This document shows, one piece after another, positions 7,889 through 18,614 of a stretch of DNA of 64,000 nt. Numbering within the stretch: position 1 is the first letter of the stretch; each line of letters opens with the position of its first letter. Under the pieces are notes generated by a model, which saw nothing but the letters and a program-made list of their open reading frames with translations, was not told the DNA's origin and made no database searches. The translations under genes and the position numbers were made by a program. Where the stretch lies: the sequence record PQ871103.1, one strand, 5' to 3'. Origin of the DNA: Escherichia phage vB_Eco_ZCEC15.

Positions 7889-10585
7889 TCAGCCAAACAG
7901 GAAGTCTAACGAAGCTTTTTCTTCATAGTCCATGCCAGCCGATTCACACATACCCGCAAGCGGTTTAACAAACGATTTTTGGAACAAAGTTGAGTGGTCA
8001 ATCCAAGATAGCACATCAGAACGAATTTCTTTTGGAAGTTCTGTACCCGATGGCCAAGCAATGCACTTGTCACCAAATGGATTTCCTTCACGTAATGGAA
8101 GAACCATTACTTTATTTCCATCCAAAATTGGAGCTACACCCAGACCACTAACAGCTCGACGATAAGTTAGCACACCGCGAATATGGAACGGGCATTTAAA
8201 TCCTGGCCAACCTTTATCATCATATTTCGCTATATCGTTCGCAGTTTTTACTTCAGCAATAACTTTATAGTCAAGTTGACGATATTCTTTCTCGAAGTTC
8301 TTGTAGTATTCTTGGACAGACTCTTCACCTTCTTGAAGAATACGACGAATACTTTCTTCGAGAGCTTCTTGCACTGCTTTTGGTGTTGAACTCTGCTGAG
8401 TTTCCATACCCATGATTTTTAGATGCGGTTCAGCAAATCGTTTATCTTCCATATCATAAACGTTCAGAGCATAACGCTTTTTCGCTTTCCAAAATCCACC
8501 AACACCCTTTGAACCAAGTGGAGGGCAAGAAATAGCTTCACGGTCCATATGCATCAGATGCTCGCGGTTATTCATATAATCACATAACTCACGATATGCA
8601 ACATCAATCATAGGTTCCATCTTTTTCTTACCGAACTGATTCATGAATTCAACTAAATCGTTCTGCTCTTTGAATCGGTCAAGACCAACTTTTTCAATAA
8701 CTTTATCTACACAAACATATACCGAATCAGTATCACCTGCTGCGATGAAATCTTCACCATTAGTTCCGCATACTTTATTCAGATATTCATTAATTTTACG
8801 AGCAATCCACTGAATACCAACTTGGCCGAAAATTGTGATAGCAGTAGCATTTCGCAAATCATAGTAACGAAAATGAATATTACCAAGAGCACCGTAAAGA
8901 CTGTTAATAAGAATTTTACGGTTCAGCTGATTTGTGTTAGCAAGTGTAGCTGCTTTTTCACATTCTTCAATCAAACTATTGAGAACAGATTCAGTGTAAT
9001 TCGATAGTTCATTTAAGAAATCATCACTGAACTTAACATATCGTTCAACTTCAGGTTTAGTTGAACAAGACCCTGCGCCTTTCATAATAATCTTTTTAAT
9101 AGCTTCGGCATTCATTTCTTCAGCGAACATTTTCTTTTTCCAATCTTTACGCTGGAAAAATACTTTAGCGATTTCCTTTGGAATGATACCTTCTTGATGC
9201 TTATCATACATCCATCCATTCGGAGAACAAGAATATTCATCACTCGGTTTAGGAGCTGTTCCTGCGATATATTCATGAATTGGATGAACTTTAAACTGAC
9301 CACGAATAGTCTCAGGACTAATGTTAACCTGACGAATAATGCTCGGATACAGAGACGTCAAGTCAAAACTCATAATATATCGACGAGCAATTGGTTTAGG
9401 TTCAAATACAAATGCACCCGGAAAACTTTGTTTAACGTGCGAACCTTGTTGAGGAATAACCTTATGTTCACCTTTCAGTGAGTTAAAAATAATAGCGTCC
9501 CAAGTTTTAATAGGACTCATTACACCAGAAAAAGGCATTTTAGCGTAATAAGACATACTTAAAACTAGATCGATAAACCCACGAATTTTATCAATTGCTT
9601 GAACTGATTCTACGTCAATGATGTTATAACTAATGTATCGTTGATGATTAGTCTCACGAAGTTTATTAATAGGACCATCGTACGGCAATTTACCTTTTTT
9701 GGTTTCATGTTGAGCAACTGATTCCAACGAGAACGATGGCAAATTAGTAAATGCGAACTTCTTGTATAAATCTAAATAATCAAGAATAGATACGCCATCA
9801 ATAGAATAAATTTCTTTGCTACCGTACATATTTTGAATTAGTTTAGATTTTACTCGACCGATTGGAGAGAAGCGTTTCATACTACGTTCACCGAGAACCA
9901 TTTTAACGCGATTCATGATATACGGAACGTCAAATCCCTCAATATTCCAACCAGTAAAAATAGCAGGTCGTTTCTGTTCCCAGAGATTGATATATTCCAT
10001 GAGCATATCACGCTCATTATCGAATGGCATATAAATTACTCGGTCAAGAATTTCTTGAGGAACTTCATCACCACCTTCACAGTCAAGCTTAGCAGCTAAC
10101 TTTGCATCCCATTTTGATACTGAACCGTACATTGAATTCAACAAATCAAAGACGTAAAAACGGTCGTCAATTGAATCGTAATGAGTGATAGCATCAATTT
10201 CATATTCTGCTTTCATTGGGTCAGGAAATTTATCACCAGTAACCTCAATGTCGCAGTTAGCTACACGAACAAATTTTCGGTCATAAACAATTTCTGAACC
10301 ATATGTATCACTGATATAAGCGAGTTTAAAATCGTTCATACCGAGAGCTTCGAGACCGATGTCTTCCATTCGCTTCATCCAGTCTCGTGCATCTTTCATT
10401 GATGGAAATTTTTGAGGAGCGCAATTTTTACCATAAATGTCTTTGTATTTTGACTCTTCCTTACAATGCCTAAACATAGTCGGAAGATATTCTACTTCAC
10501 GAGTACGTTCCTTTCCGTTTTCATCAATATAACGTTCAACAATATTATTTCCGACTGTTTCGATAGAGATATAAAATTCTTTCAT
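7889..10585 (-). CDS. 43: DNA polymerase gp43 (family B), 898 aa
   Basis: Near-identical to T4 gp43 over full length as recalled. Confidence 0.98.
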   Translation of the reverse strand: MKEFYISIETVGNNIVERYIDENGKERTREVEYLPTMFRHCKEESKYKDIYGKNCAPQKFPSMKDARDWMKRMEDIGLEALGMNDFKLAYISDTYGSEIVYDRKFVRVANCDIEVTGDKFPDPMKAEYEIDAITHYDSIDDRFYVFDLLNSMYGSVSKWDAKLAAKLDCEGGDEVPQEILDRVIYMPFDNERDMLMEYINLWEQKRPAIFTGWNIEGFDVPYIMNRVKMVLGERSMKRFSPIGRVKSKLIQNMYGSKEIYSIDGVSILDYLDLYKKFAFTNLPSFSLESVAQHETKKGKLPYDGPINKLRETNHQRYISYNIIDVESVQAIDKIRGFIDLVLSMSYYAKMPFSGVMSPIKTWDAIIFNSLKGEHKVIPQQGSHVKQSFPGAFVFEPKPIARRYIMSFDLTSLYPSIIRQVNISPETIRGQFKVHPIHEYIAGTAPKPSDEYSCSPNGWMYDKHQEGIIPKEIAKVFFQRKDWKKKMFAEEMNAEAIKKIIMKGAGSCSTKPEVERYVKFSDDFLNELSNYTESVLNSLIEECEKAATLANTNQLNRKILINSLYGALGNIHFRYYDLRNATAITIFGQVGIQWIARKINEYLNKVCGTNGEDFIAAGDTDSVYVCVDKVIEKVGLDRFKEQNDLVEFMNQFGKKKMEPMIDVAYRELCDYMNNREHLMHMDREAISCPPLGSKGVGGFWKAKKRYALNVYDMEDKRFAEPHLKIMGMETQQSSTPKAVQEALEESIRRILQEGEESVQEYYKNFEKEYRQLDYKVIAEVKTANDIAKYDDKGWPGFKCPFHIRGVLTYRRAVSGLGVAPILDGNKVMVLPLREGNPFGDKCIAWPSGTELPKEIRSDVLSWIDHSTLFQKSFVKPLAGMCESAGMDYEEKASLDFLFG

Positions 10586-10644
10586 AGATATTCCTTAGTT
10601 TATAGCCCGAGTTATTAGGCTCTTGATATATTATACTCCAAATA

Positions 10645-10662
10645 AGGGGCCGAAGCCCCTTG
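10645..10662 (-). terminator. UUCG-tetraloop hairpin (GGGGC-UUCG-GCCCC on minus-strand RNA) between regA and 43
   Basis: Plus strand reads aaggggccgaagcccctt; U-rich tract follows on minus strand. Confidence 0.55.
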
Positions 10663-10663
10663 C

Positions 10664-11032
10664 TTAATTACCAATCGTATATTTAGGAACGAGTTTCCAT
10701 TCATGTTTTTGTTTAAAAGAAATAACTCGGAAATTATTAGTTAAATCTTTCATAAAAGTTCTTTGACCAGGAACGATTTCAATCAGTCCCCAATCTTCTA
10801 ACAGCCATGCAATCGAATCACGACGAACTTCATCTTCTTCTGTCATTTCAACTTGGCGACCATCCATACGAAGCATTTCTTTAAAATGAACGATATAGTA
10901 TAGTCCTTTTTTCTGAAGAATATGACAGGACTGATACAGAACTTTATCTTTATTATTAGCAATTCCCATACGAGTCAAAGTTTCTTTTACTTTCAGAAAA
11001 TCTTCAGGTTTTTTAAGAGTAATTTCAATCAT
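10664..11032 (-). CDS. regA: RegA translational repressor, 122 aa
   Basis: Length and position (between 62 and 43) as in T4. Confidence 0.9.
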   Translation of the reverse strand: MIEITLKKPEDFLKVKETLTRMGIANNKDKVLYQSCHILQKKGLYYIVHFKEMLRMDGRQVEMTEEDEVRRDSIAWLLEDWGLIEIVPGQRTFMKDLTNNFRVISFKQKHEWKLVPKYTIGN

Positions 11033-11033
11033 T

Positions 11034-11597
11034 TTACCATTCCAATGCTAGTTTTTTGAGTTGTTTCTGTTCTTTTACGTTCTTAGTCACTTCTTTTAAA
11101 AAATCATCCGTGACTAAACCTTTTAGTTCTTTTAATACTAAAGGAAGTTTTCCATTTTTAGCAAGAATTGATTTATAGTTAATTGCATCATTTGTATTAA
11201 CTTGATACCGCTTAGCAAGTAACTTAATAATCAATACTTCAGTAGAATCTTCGACCAGTTTTGCCCATTTACCATATCTTTTACCCCGAGGAACAGCAGC
11301 CATCAGATAATTAAAATGGGCTTCATCGCTTAAACCTGATCCAATTAAATTCATAGCATATACAGCTGGCATGCACTCAGGAAATTGTGATAATGCATTC
11401 TCAACCATGTATTTTGAATAATCTTTTTGAGCAATAGAGCATTTAGTTTTATTATTAATAGCTCCAATTATTTCAAAAAATTCATTTTCAGCTTTTTCCT
11501 TAAAAGAATCAGCAGCAGATTGGACAGCTGTCCAATCTTTTGAATACCAAGCAACTTGATGCTCGTTTAATTGAATATCATCTTCAAATAAGCTCAT
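11034..11597 (-). CDS. 62: clamp loader small subunit gp62, 187 aa
   Basis: Length and position as in T4. Confidence 0.9.
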   Translation of the reverse strand: MSLFEDDIQLNEHQVAWYSKDWTAVQSAADSFKEKAENEFFEIIGAINNKTKCSIAQKDYSKYMVENALSQFPECMPAVYAMNLIGSGLSDEAHFNYLMAAVPRGKRYGKWAKLVEDSTEVLIIKLLAKRYQVNTNDAINYKSILAKNGKLPLVLKELKGLVTDDFLKEVTKNVKEQKQLKKLALEW

Positions 11598-11598
11598 A

Positions 11599-12573
11599 TC
11601 ACTTCCACTGCATTTCGCATGCTAATTGAATGAAAAGATATGCTAAATGTAATTCCGTATTAGCCGCAATTCCATGATACTGGTTATTTTCACCAACAAT
11701 TTCATACATACGAATAATACTTTGCGGAGTTACACGTGTATAGATTTCTTCGGCAAGTTTACCTACGAACCACGAATAATCAGCTGCATATTTTGGCGCT
11801 AAAGCTCTGAGCTGTTTAACATCTTTATTTTTGAGAGACTCAAGAACATCATCAATAGCACCACGATCGTTAGTAACCAGTGATAAAATACCAGCATCCA
11901 AAACACCTTTAGATGAATAACTATCGAGCTCACCAATAGTTTTACGAAAATCAGGAAAATTCTTTTTAACCAAAGCTGCTACAACTTTCATATCAGCTAT
12001 AGCAATTCCTTCATGCTTGCAGATTTCAGTCAATCGACGAATCATCTGCTTCATCATTTCAATTTTATCTTCATCAGTCGGTTGACCGAACGTAATAACT
12101 CGGCAGCGTGACTGAAGCGGTTTAATAATACCATCAATATTGTTAGCAGTAATAATAATACTACAGTTTGAACTATAAGCTTCCATAAAAGAACGAAGAT
12201 GTCGCTGAGACTCTGCTAACCCTGAGCGGTCAAATTCGTCAATAACGATTACTTTTTGACGACCATCAAATGAAGCTGCACTAGCAAAATTAGTCAAAGG
12301 ACCACGAACGAAATCAATTTTACAATCTGATCCATTCACAAACATCATATCAGCATTTACATCATGACACAATGCTTTTGCTACAGTTGTTTTACCTGTT
12401 CCTGGAGAAGGAGAATGAAGAATAATATGTGGAATCTTACCTTTACTTGTAATAGATTTAAAGGTTTCTTTATCAAAGGCGGGAAGAATACATTCATCGA
12501 TAGTAGATGGACGATATTTTTGTTCAAGAATGTGTTCTTTTTCATTTACAGTAATCATAATTTCCTCATTCAA
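11599..12573 (-). CDS. 44: clamp loader ATPase gp44 (AAA+), 324 aa in track (T4 is 319 aa; start may be Met6)
   Basis: Walker A GTGKTT, Walker B VIVIDEFD. Confidence 0.95.
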   Translation of the reverse strand: MNEEIMITVNEKEHILEQKYRPSTIDECILPAFDKETFKSITSKGKIPHIILHSPSPGTGKTTVAKALCHDVNADMMFVNGSDCKIDFVRGPLTNFASAASFDGRQKVIVIDEFDRSGLAESQRHLRSFMEAYSSNCSIIITANNIDGIIKPLQSRCRVITFGQPTDEDKIEMMKQMIRRLTEICKHEGIAIADMKVVAALVKKNFPDFRKTIGELDSYSSKGVLDAGILSLVTNDRGAIDDVLESLKNKDVKQLRALAPKYAADYSWFVGKLAEEIYTRVTPQSIIRMYEIVGENNQYHGIAANTELHLAYLFIQLACEMQWK

Positions 12574-12589
12574 GTTTTAGTGTAAATTT

Positions 12590-12605
12590 AAGGGCCGAAG
12601 CCCTT
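12590..12605 (-). repeat. UUCG-tetraloop hairpin (plus strand aagggccgaagccctt) between 45 and 44
   Basis: Inverted repeat with cgaa loop; one of six related copies. Confidence 0.5.
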
Positions 12606-12607
12606 TA

Positions 12608-13294
12608 TTAAAAGTCGTGGGTAGAATCAGCTTCAAGAGCTACTACATAATTCGCGTGTTCACCTTCAAATTTAGCAGCACCTTGTTTACCTTTTGCCCA
12701 GAGCAGAAGTTTATAATTTCCTGGTTGCATTTTCATATTTGCCATATTGATAATGAAATTAAATGTATTTTCACCATCATAATCACCAAGAGTCAAAGAA
12801 TATTTAACACGGGTCAAAGCAGAATCTTCTACTTTATTAAAACCGTTAATTACGATTTTACCTTCTTTTACTGTGATAGCAATTGTATCAATCTGCAGAC
12901 CACGAGATACACGCAACAGTTGTTGAAGGTCTTCAGCTTTAATTTCAGTAACAACAGATGCTACCGGGAATGGAATTGGTTTATTAGGAGCCACTACTGT
13001 GCTCGGATCAGCTGCTGGCCAAAAAATTGTTGAACGAGCATCAGCAATTTTAATATTTCCATCTTCTGACTGGGAAATTTCTGCATCGTCATTAACTAGG
13101 GACAGAATACCGAGAAAACCGTTCAAATCGTAAATTGCTACATCAAAATCAATAGTGTCAGAAATATTTGCTTCCGCATAAGTTGTACCATTAACTGCGC
13201 GAGTCATAATAAATTGACCAGATTTAAGCATAATACCAGAGTTAATAGTAGCGAAATTTTTAAGCAGAGCAGTAGTATCTTTAGACAGTTTCAT
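12608..13294 (-). CDS. 45: sliding clamp gp45, 228 aa
   Basis: Sequence and length match T4 gp45. Confidence 0.95.
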   Translation of the reverse strand: MKLSKDTTALLKNFATINSGIMLKSGQFIMTRAVNGTTYAEANISDTIDFDVAIYDLNGFLGILSLVNDDAEISQSEDGNIKIADARSTIFWPAADPSTVVAPNKPIPFPVASVVTEIKAEDLQQLLRVSRGLQIDTIAITVKEGKIVINGFNKVEDSALTRVKYSLTLGDYDGENTFNFIINMANMKMQPGNYKLLLWAKGKQGAAKFEGEHANYVVALEADSTHDF

Positions 13295-13349
13295 GTAATT
13301 TCCTTCAATTCAAATGAGATTTAATTTTATAACTAATTTAATAAAGCAA

Positions 13350-13739
13350 TTAACGATTAAAATCAGCAGCAATTGTTTCAGCAACAATTTGAGCAGCAAC
13401 AATTAGACGTTCATCTGCATTACCGCAATAATCGTCTTCAAGGCGTTCACCGCATGAAGTCATAATAAATTTAGCACCAGCATTTAAAGATTCTGTCGTA
13501 TGTTTGCGCATTAGTTCAATCCATTTATTACTTACTTCACGATCGATAGCTTCATAATACGCATGACGAGCAGGTGCAGATTTAATTTTGTTCTGAATAA
13601 CTTCCATTGCGTTATCAGAAAGAGACAAAACCCATGCTCGACGAATTTTATTTTGGTTTTGCGGATTTGATTCAGAACGCACGTGTTTTGGCTGAATATC
13701 TTTTACATCAACAGTATAATTCACAGTAATTTTAGTCAT
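13350..13739 (-). CDS. rpbA: RpbA RNA polymerase-binding protein, 129 aa
   Basis: Length and position upstream of 45 as in T4. Confidence 0.65.
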
Positions 13740-13748
13740 AATACACCT

Positions 13749-13940
13749 TTAGTCATAATAATCAGTAACAGTCCAAGCTTCATTCCTGTTGGACATTATT
13801 TTCGTATATTCTGATTTAAATGCATTCTTAAGCATAGATTCAGTAACTATATGCTCTTCATTAGAAAAATTATTTCTCAGAATATATCGTTTTATTTCAG
13901 GAATAGTTAATAGATGCTGTCCAGTTGAATATTCTGCCAC
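13749..13940 (-). CDS. hypothetical protein, 63 aa (45.2 position)
   Basis: ORF track; position. Confidence 0.55.
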   Translation of the reverse strand: MAEYSTGQHLLTIPEIKRYILRNNFSNEEHIVTESMLKNAFKSEYTKIMSNRNEAWTVTDYYD

Positions 13941-13950
13941 AGTTCCTCCG

Positions 13951-13958
13951 TATAAATA
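13951..13958 (+). promoter_or_regulatory. late promoter TATAAATA (plus strand) upstream of HNH endonuclease gene
   Basis: Exact TATAAATA about 33 nt upstream of ATG at 13992, with AAGGA SD between. Confidence 0.5.
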
Positions 13959-13991
13959 TGTTTATCACTCGCTGTATCAAAAGGATATGTT

Positions 13992-14708
13992 ATGAATTAT
14001 AAACTAATTTATGAAAAGTTAATCTCTAATGCTAAATCTCGAAAACTTGATTGCTATACTGAATCTCATCACATTATACCACGCTGTTTAAATGGTAGCG
14101 ATGATGCTTCAAACTTAGTAGATTTAACACCAGAAGAGCACTATGTAGCTCATCAACTTTTAGTAAAAATTTATCCTTCTGAACCAAAATTAGTCTATGC
14201 TGCTAACATGATGACAGTTTCTACGAAATACGCTAAACGTAACAATAAAACTTTCGGCTGGATTCGTCGTAAACTCTGGGAAATAGAAAAGAATAAAGAG
14301 TTCTCCCAAGAGACACGAAAGAAAATGTCCGACGCAGTAGCTAATAAAGCAAGACTAACTTGTCCACATTGCGGTAAGTCTGGATTAAGCGGGAATATGA
14401 ATCGATGGCATTTTGATAACTGCCCAAATCATCCCAATCCTAAAGTTAGACCGCCAATGTCTAAAGAACACAGAAATAATATCTCAAACGGACTTAAAGC
14501 AATCGTTCTTGAAGAAACATCCTGCGAATTCTGCGGAATGATAGGCAAGAAATGCGTTATCGCAGCGCATAGAAATTTCTGCAAGAAAAATCCAAATGGA
14601 CGCAAGAAAACTGAAAAGACTGGTACTTGCGTCCATTGTGGTAAAGTTACCACTTTCGGAAATTTATCAAGATGGCATAATGATAATTGTAAATATAAAC
14701 CTAGCTAA
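13992..14708 (+). CDS. HNH homing endonuclease, 238 aa, three C-terminal zinc-finger repeats
   Basis: HNH core ESHHIIPRCLNGSDDASNLVDLTPEEHYVAH; opposite strand to flanking genes; absent from this position in T4 as I recall. Confidence 0.8.
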   Translation: MNYKLIYEKLISNAKSRKLDCYTESHHIIPRCLNGSDDASNLVDLTPEEHYVAHQLLVKIYPSEPKLVYAANMMTVSTKYAKRNNKTFGWIRRKLWEIEKNKEFSQETRKKMSDAVANKARLTCPHCGKSGLSGNMNRWHFDNCPNHPNPKVRPPMSKEHRNNISNGLKAIVLEETSCEFCGMIGKKCVIAAHRNFCKKNPNGRKKTEKTGTCVHCGKVTTFGNLSRWHNDNCKYKPS

Positions 14709-16389
14709 TCTTAGCTAAACTAAATCTACCAACTTTTTCCATTTGAATGTGCTGACCATATTCCTGTGGGTCATGGTCTTTATGCGAAATTATGAAGAAG
14801 TTGGTATCCTTCAAACCATCTAAAATTTTAGCCACATTTTTAATACCTTCAGCATCAAATGCACCGTCATACACTTCATCAAGAAATAAACAACTTATTT
14901 TAACACCTGAAACTTTTTCAGCAATATCACGCCAAGTAAATAGAAGAGCAATATCAATTCGTGCTTTTTCGCCTTGACTGAATGAAGCATAACTAAAATC
15001 TTCGCGACCACGGGATTTAATTGTCTCATTAAATTCTTCATCTAATGTAAACACATAATCCGCTTCCATTATTTTAAGATAATGGTTAATCTGCTTATTA
15101 AATAATGGAATGTACTTTTTAATAATAGCACCTTTAATACCAGAATCTTTGAGCATATCAGTCAAAATTCCTCTGTGGTATTTTTCCATTACCAAATTAG
15201 TTTTTGTCTTAACAATTTTATCAAGTTCTTCTTGAAGCAGTGCTATTTCATCAGCATGGTCAATAAACTCAGAAGATGCTTTTTCTATAGCCGCTTTAAC
15301 CTTTTTAGCTTTATCTACCGTCGTGATTAAAGATTGCTTTTTATTGCGAATATCATTCGCCAACGTCTGCTGGGTTTTAATATTATCTCGGTATTCATCA
15401 ACGAGAACTTTTAAATTATCACGATGCGTTGAAAGCTGTTCAAACGAATGCGTACATTCAGAAACTTTATCTTTAATTTTAGAAACAACTTTATCACCGG
15501 AACTTAACTGTGACAAGCAGGTTGGACATAATCCACCTTCGTGATACATATTAATGACTTTATTATACGAGTCAATTTTTGATTTAATTAAAACTGCTTC
15601 TTGACCGATTTTATTAAATGCATCAGTCGGGTCTTCATCTAAAACAATATTAACTAATCTTTCATTAGCTTTTTCTATTTCCGATTTTAGCGTTCTAGCT
15701 TCTTTTGCCAAATCATCATACATATTTTGCAGACGAGTAAGATTGTCACCCGTTAATTTTTTCTGGCGTTCAACGTTATCATTATATATTTTAATTTGTT
15801 GGATAATACTATCTTTTTTAACGTCAAGCACTTGGTTTTGTGAATTTAATTCACGTATTAGTGCTTTATTAAGCTTATCCATTTCAGCTAATGTTCCTAC
15901 CTCAAGCAGGTCTTCCACAAGCTTTCTTCGCGCAGGGGTCGACAAACCCATGAAAGGGGTATACCCTGCTGTACCAAGGACAACAATCTGCTTGAAACTG
16001 GCATATGACATTCCGATAAGCTGTTCAAATTCTGCTTGGAAATCTTTACTGCTGGCAGATTCATTAAGACGTGTACCGTTAACGGTGATTTCAAAAACGT
16101 TCGGTTTTTGTCCTCTTTTGATATAGTACTTTTTCTCATCATATTCCATCCACAGTTCAACTAAAAGTTCTTTCTTATTTGTGCTGTTTATTAATTGGCC
16201 TTTCTTTACATCACGAAATGGCTTGCCAAAAAGCCCAAATGTGATGGCTTCTAACATAGTAGACTTACCACCGCCATTTCGTCCAGTAATAAGAGTTTTT
16301 TGAACCTTATCTAATTGAATGTCAATAGGATTTCCACCTACTGACATTATATTTTGATACCTAACTCGGTTTAGTTTAAAATTCTTCAC
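14701..16389 (-). CDS. 46: recombination nuclease subunit gp46 (Rad50/SbcC-like), 562 aa
   Basis: Walker A GRNGGGKS, CPTC zinc hook, C-terminal signature/Walker B. Confidence 0.95.
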   Translation of the reverse strand: MKNFKLNRVRYQNIMSVGGNPIDIQLDKVQKTLITGRNGGGKSTMLEAITFGLFGKPFRDVKKGQLINSTNKKELLVELWMEYDEKKYYIKRGQKPNVFEITVNGTRLNESASSKDFQAEFEQLIGMSYASFKQIVVLGTAGYTPFMGLSTPARRKLVEDLLEVGTLAEMDKLNKALIRELNSQNQVLDVKKDSIIQQIKIYNDNVERQKKLTGDNLTRLQNMYDDLAKEARTLKSEIEKANERLVNIVLDEDPTDAFNKIGQEAVLIKSKIDSYNKVINMYHEGGLCPTCLSQLSSGDKVVSKIKDKVSECTHSFEQLSTHRDNLKVLVDEYRDNIKTQQTLANDIRNKKQSLITTVDKAKKVKAAIEKASSEFIDHADEIALLQEELDKIVKTKTNLVMEKYHRGILTDMLKDSGIKGAIIKKYIPLFNKQINHYLKIMEADYVFTLDEEFNETIKSRGREDFSYASFSQGEKARIDIALLFTWRDIAEKVSGVKISCLFLDEVYDGAFDAEGIKNVAKILDGLKDTNFFIISHKDHDPQEYGQHIQMEKVGRFSLAKIS

Positions 16390-16649
16390 AAAAGATTCCT
16401 TTTAATGTATCTTTTAGACCATTCTATCATATCATCATAATCTAAAAAGTATTCATCAAATTCAGCCATGCAAACAACGCCTTGTGCTGTTTTTGATGTA
16501 ATATAAATTATTCCAACATATCTAGAATCTTCTTCGGTGTAATCAATATTTGCTATGAATTCATCGTTAATGTCAAATGTCGAAAACTTCACAGTATGCA
16601 TCCTTAATACAAGATACAGCCATATCTTGTAATGATTTAGGTGTGTCAT
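16386..16649 (-). CDS. hypothetical protein (46.1 position); start uncertain
   Basis: ORF track; overlaps next ORF by 77 nt so true start is probably internal. Confidence 0.45.
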   Translation of the reverse strand: MTHLNHYKIWLYLVLRMHTVKFSTFDINDEFIANIDYTEEDSRYVGIIYITSKTAQGVVCMAEFDEYFLDYDDMIEWSKRYIKRNLL

Positions 16650-16836
16650 TATCTAAAATGTTGAAGTTAAAAGATACAGCCCAATCTGTACAGACCGTAA
16701 CCTTTTTAATACAATTATCTTCAACCTCTAACGGTTCAAACCAGTATTCAATAGTTTCTTTATGCCCAATATCATCTTTTACTTCGCATTCAAAATGCTG
16801 ACTCATCATAACATTTTTAAATTCATCAAAAGTCAT
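16573..16836 (-). CDS. hypothetical protein, 87 aa (46.2 position)
   Basis: ORF track; stop overlaps gp47 start. Confidence 0.5.
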   Translation of the reverse strand: MTFDEFKNVMMSQHFECEVKDDIGHKETIEYWFEPLEVEDNCIKKVTVCTDWAVSFNFNILDNDTPKSLQDMAVSCIKDAYCEVFDI

Positions 16837-17852
16837 TGTGTTGCCTCTACATATAACTGATTTGCATATTGAATAAGTGCTTCACGGTCAGAATCAGTGA
16901 TGTCTGGAATTGCATTAATGTATTCTTCCATCAATGTCTGAAGCGATTGAACTTCAACTTCTTCACTGTCATCTGACTCGACAGAGTTATCAATCTTTGA
17001 CACAACTCGTAATGAATGCACAACTTTTTCTAGTTCAGATTCGAACTTCGTTAGATTTTTGTCTACTTCAGTTACTATAACACGTACTGATAGATTTGTA
17101 AAATCTTTATAGTCAATTTTTCCTTTAAATGGATAATGAATTCTACGATGCCAGGTAGTGTTGTTTGGAATAAATTCCATTCGTTCTGTTTCTGTATCAA
17201 ACATCCAGAACCCGCGAGGGTCATTCTCGTCACCTGCAGTTAGTGTCCATGGTGTCCCAATATATCTGACGTTAGCAGCCTCAGAGATAGTATGGAAGTG
17301 ACCAGACCACACCTCTTTATAAGTCTTAAGGAAATCAGGTTCAAGACCGTGAGATTTCATTCCTTTATAAAAATAAAATCCATTCAGTTCCCAGTGACCA
17401 ACACAAAAAGAAGCAGATGAAGTTTTGATGTGTTCAAGAATTTCACCAGTATTTTCTTCGCACATCCAAGGAATTAAATCAATCAAACATCCGTCAAAAT
17501 CTACTGTAGTAGGCTTATCATATACTTCAACATTAGGATATTTAGCCAAAAGCTCAGTAGAAGCATTTGGATGCATTACATTTTTGTAGTGGAGATCGTG
17601 ATTTCCTACAATAGTATGTAATGTGATTCCAGCGTCATCAAGCATTTGAACTATTTCACGGGCAAACTCCATTGTTTTATGCGTGATCGCTTTTCGCACA
17701 TCAAAAATATCACCATATTGAATCCATACAGTAATTCCATTTTTCTTAGAATATTCTATCGCTTGCTTAATTCCATCAATTTGAATACCGCGAATCCACT
17801 CATCATCAGCTTTAACGCCTAAATGCCAATCACCCAAGTTTAGTATTTTCAT
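16833..17852 (-). CDS. 47: recombination nuclease gp47 (Mre11-like phosphoesterase), 339 aa
   Basis: Calcineurin-like motifs (GDWH, GNHD, GHxH); length as T4 gp47. Confidence 0.95.
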   Translation of the reverse strand: MKILNLGDWHLGVKADDEWIRGIQIDGIKQAIEYSKKNGITVWIQYGDIFDVRKAITHKTMEFAREIVQMLDDAGITLHTIVGNHDLHYKNVMHPNASTELLAKYPNVEVYDKPTTVDFDGCLIDLIPWMCEENTGEILEHIKTSSASFCVGHWELNGFYFYKGMKSHGLEPDFLKTYKEVWSGHFHTISEAANVRYIGTPWTLTAGDENDPRGFWMFDTETERMEFIPNNTTWHRRIHYPFKGKIDYKDFTNLSVRVIVTEVDKNLTKFESELEKVVHSLRVVSKIDNSVESDDSEEVEVQSLQTLMEEYINAIPDITDSDREALIQYANQLYVEATQ

Positions 17853-17962
17853 GGTGTCTTTTCCATCCTAATTTAGCTGCTTTTGAAACCAGTTCTTTAA
17901 TTTTTCCTTTTGTCCATTCAGGACCAGGAGGTTCATGACATAACATTTGCTTAACTCCGTTA

Positions 17963-18454
17963 TTATACCATTTTTTTACCTTTATTATGTGATGAAGCTT
18001 TAAATTTATTTGACCTTCCTTTTACATAACCTTTTGGAATATAAGGCAAAAAGGCAGATTTTCCTGTTAATGGATCATGTGAATGTATATTTCCTTTACA
18101 ATTATGAGAACCATATAATGGATGATTTTGTCCTTTATTATCTCTTCCAAATGAACCTTTTGGAGCAGCATATGACATATTAAAGAATAATGGATTTTTA
18201 ACTGCATCATGCAATCGTTGATAATATAACTCGCATTTAATAGCTTCTTCACGCGTATCAAATTCAGCTAAAATGCATGAATCAAATAAGTGAGGATTAT
18301 CTGAAAGCTCTTTATTATAAATTTTCTTATACTTTTTAGATAAAACTGAACCATGATATCCAGCTAAATGCCTATCTAAAGACGTAGATCCAATATAAAA
18401 AGGAGGAAGTTTATCTCCACTATATATTGTTAAATAAGTTATATATTTTTTCAT
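17963..18454 (-). CDS. GIY-YIG homing endonuclease-like protein, 163 aa
   Basis: YLTIYSG...FYIGST and FDSCILAEFDTREEAIKCELYYQ resemble the I-TevI catalytic core; NUMOD3-like repeats. Confidence 0.75.
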   Translation of the reverse strand: MKKYITYLTIYSGDKLPPFYIGSTSLDRHLAGYHGSVLSKKYKKIYNKELSDNPHLFDSCILAEFDTREEAIKCELYYQRLHDAVKNPLFFNMSYAAPKGSFGRDNKGQNHPLYGSHNCKGNIHSHDPLTGKSAFLPYIPKGYVKGRSNKFKASSHNKGKKMV

Positions 18455-18591
18455 ATATCAAGAACCGTCATTGAAATGCAAAATAAAATTATTGAAATAA
18501 ATCCATCTGGAGTGCTAAAAAACCCAACCCAACATGCTCTAGTGAATAGATAAAATGCGAGAAAAAGTATCACATATCCAAGAAATATCAT
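18451..18591 (-). CDS. small hydrophobic protein, 46 aa (own translation)
   Basis: ATG at 18591, TGA overlapping ATG of downstream GIY-YIG gene (ATGA coupling); not in ORF track. Confidence 0.3.
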   Translation of the reverse strand: MIFLGYVILFLAFYLFTRACWVGFFSTPDGFISIILFCISMTVLDI

Positions 18592-18614
18592 TATATCAAA
18601 CTCCGTATAAAGCT

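Noticed and set aside
18067-18261. 64-aa ORF nested in the GIY-YIG gene
   Set aside because: Entirely internal to a gene with a recognisable catalytic motif; alternative frame.
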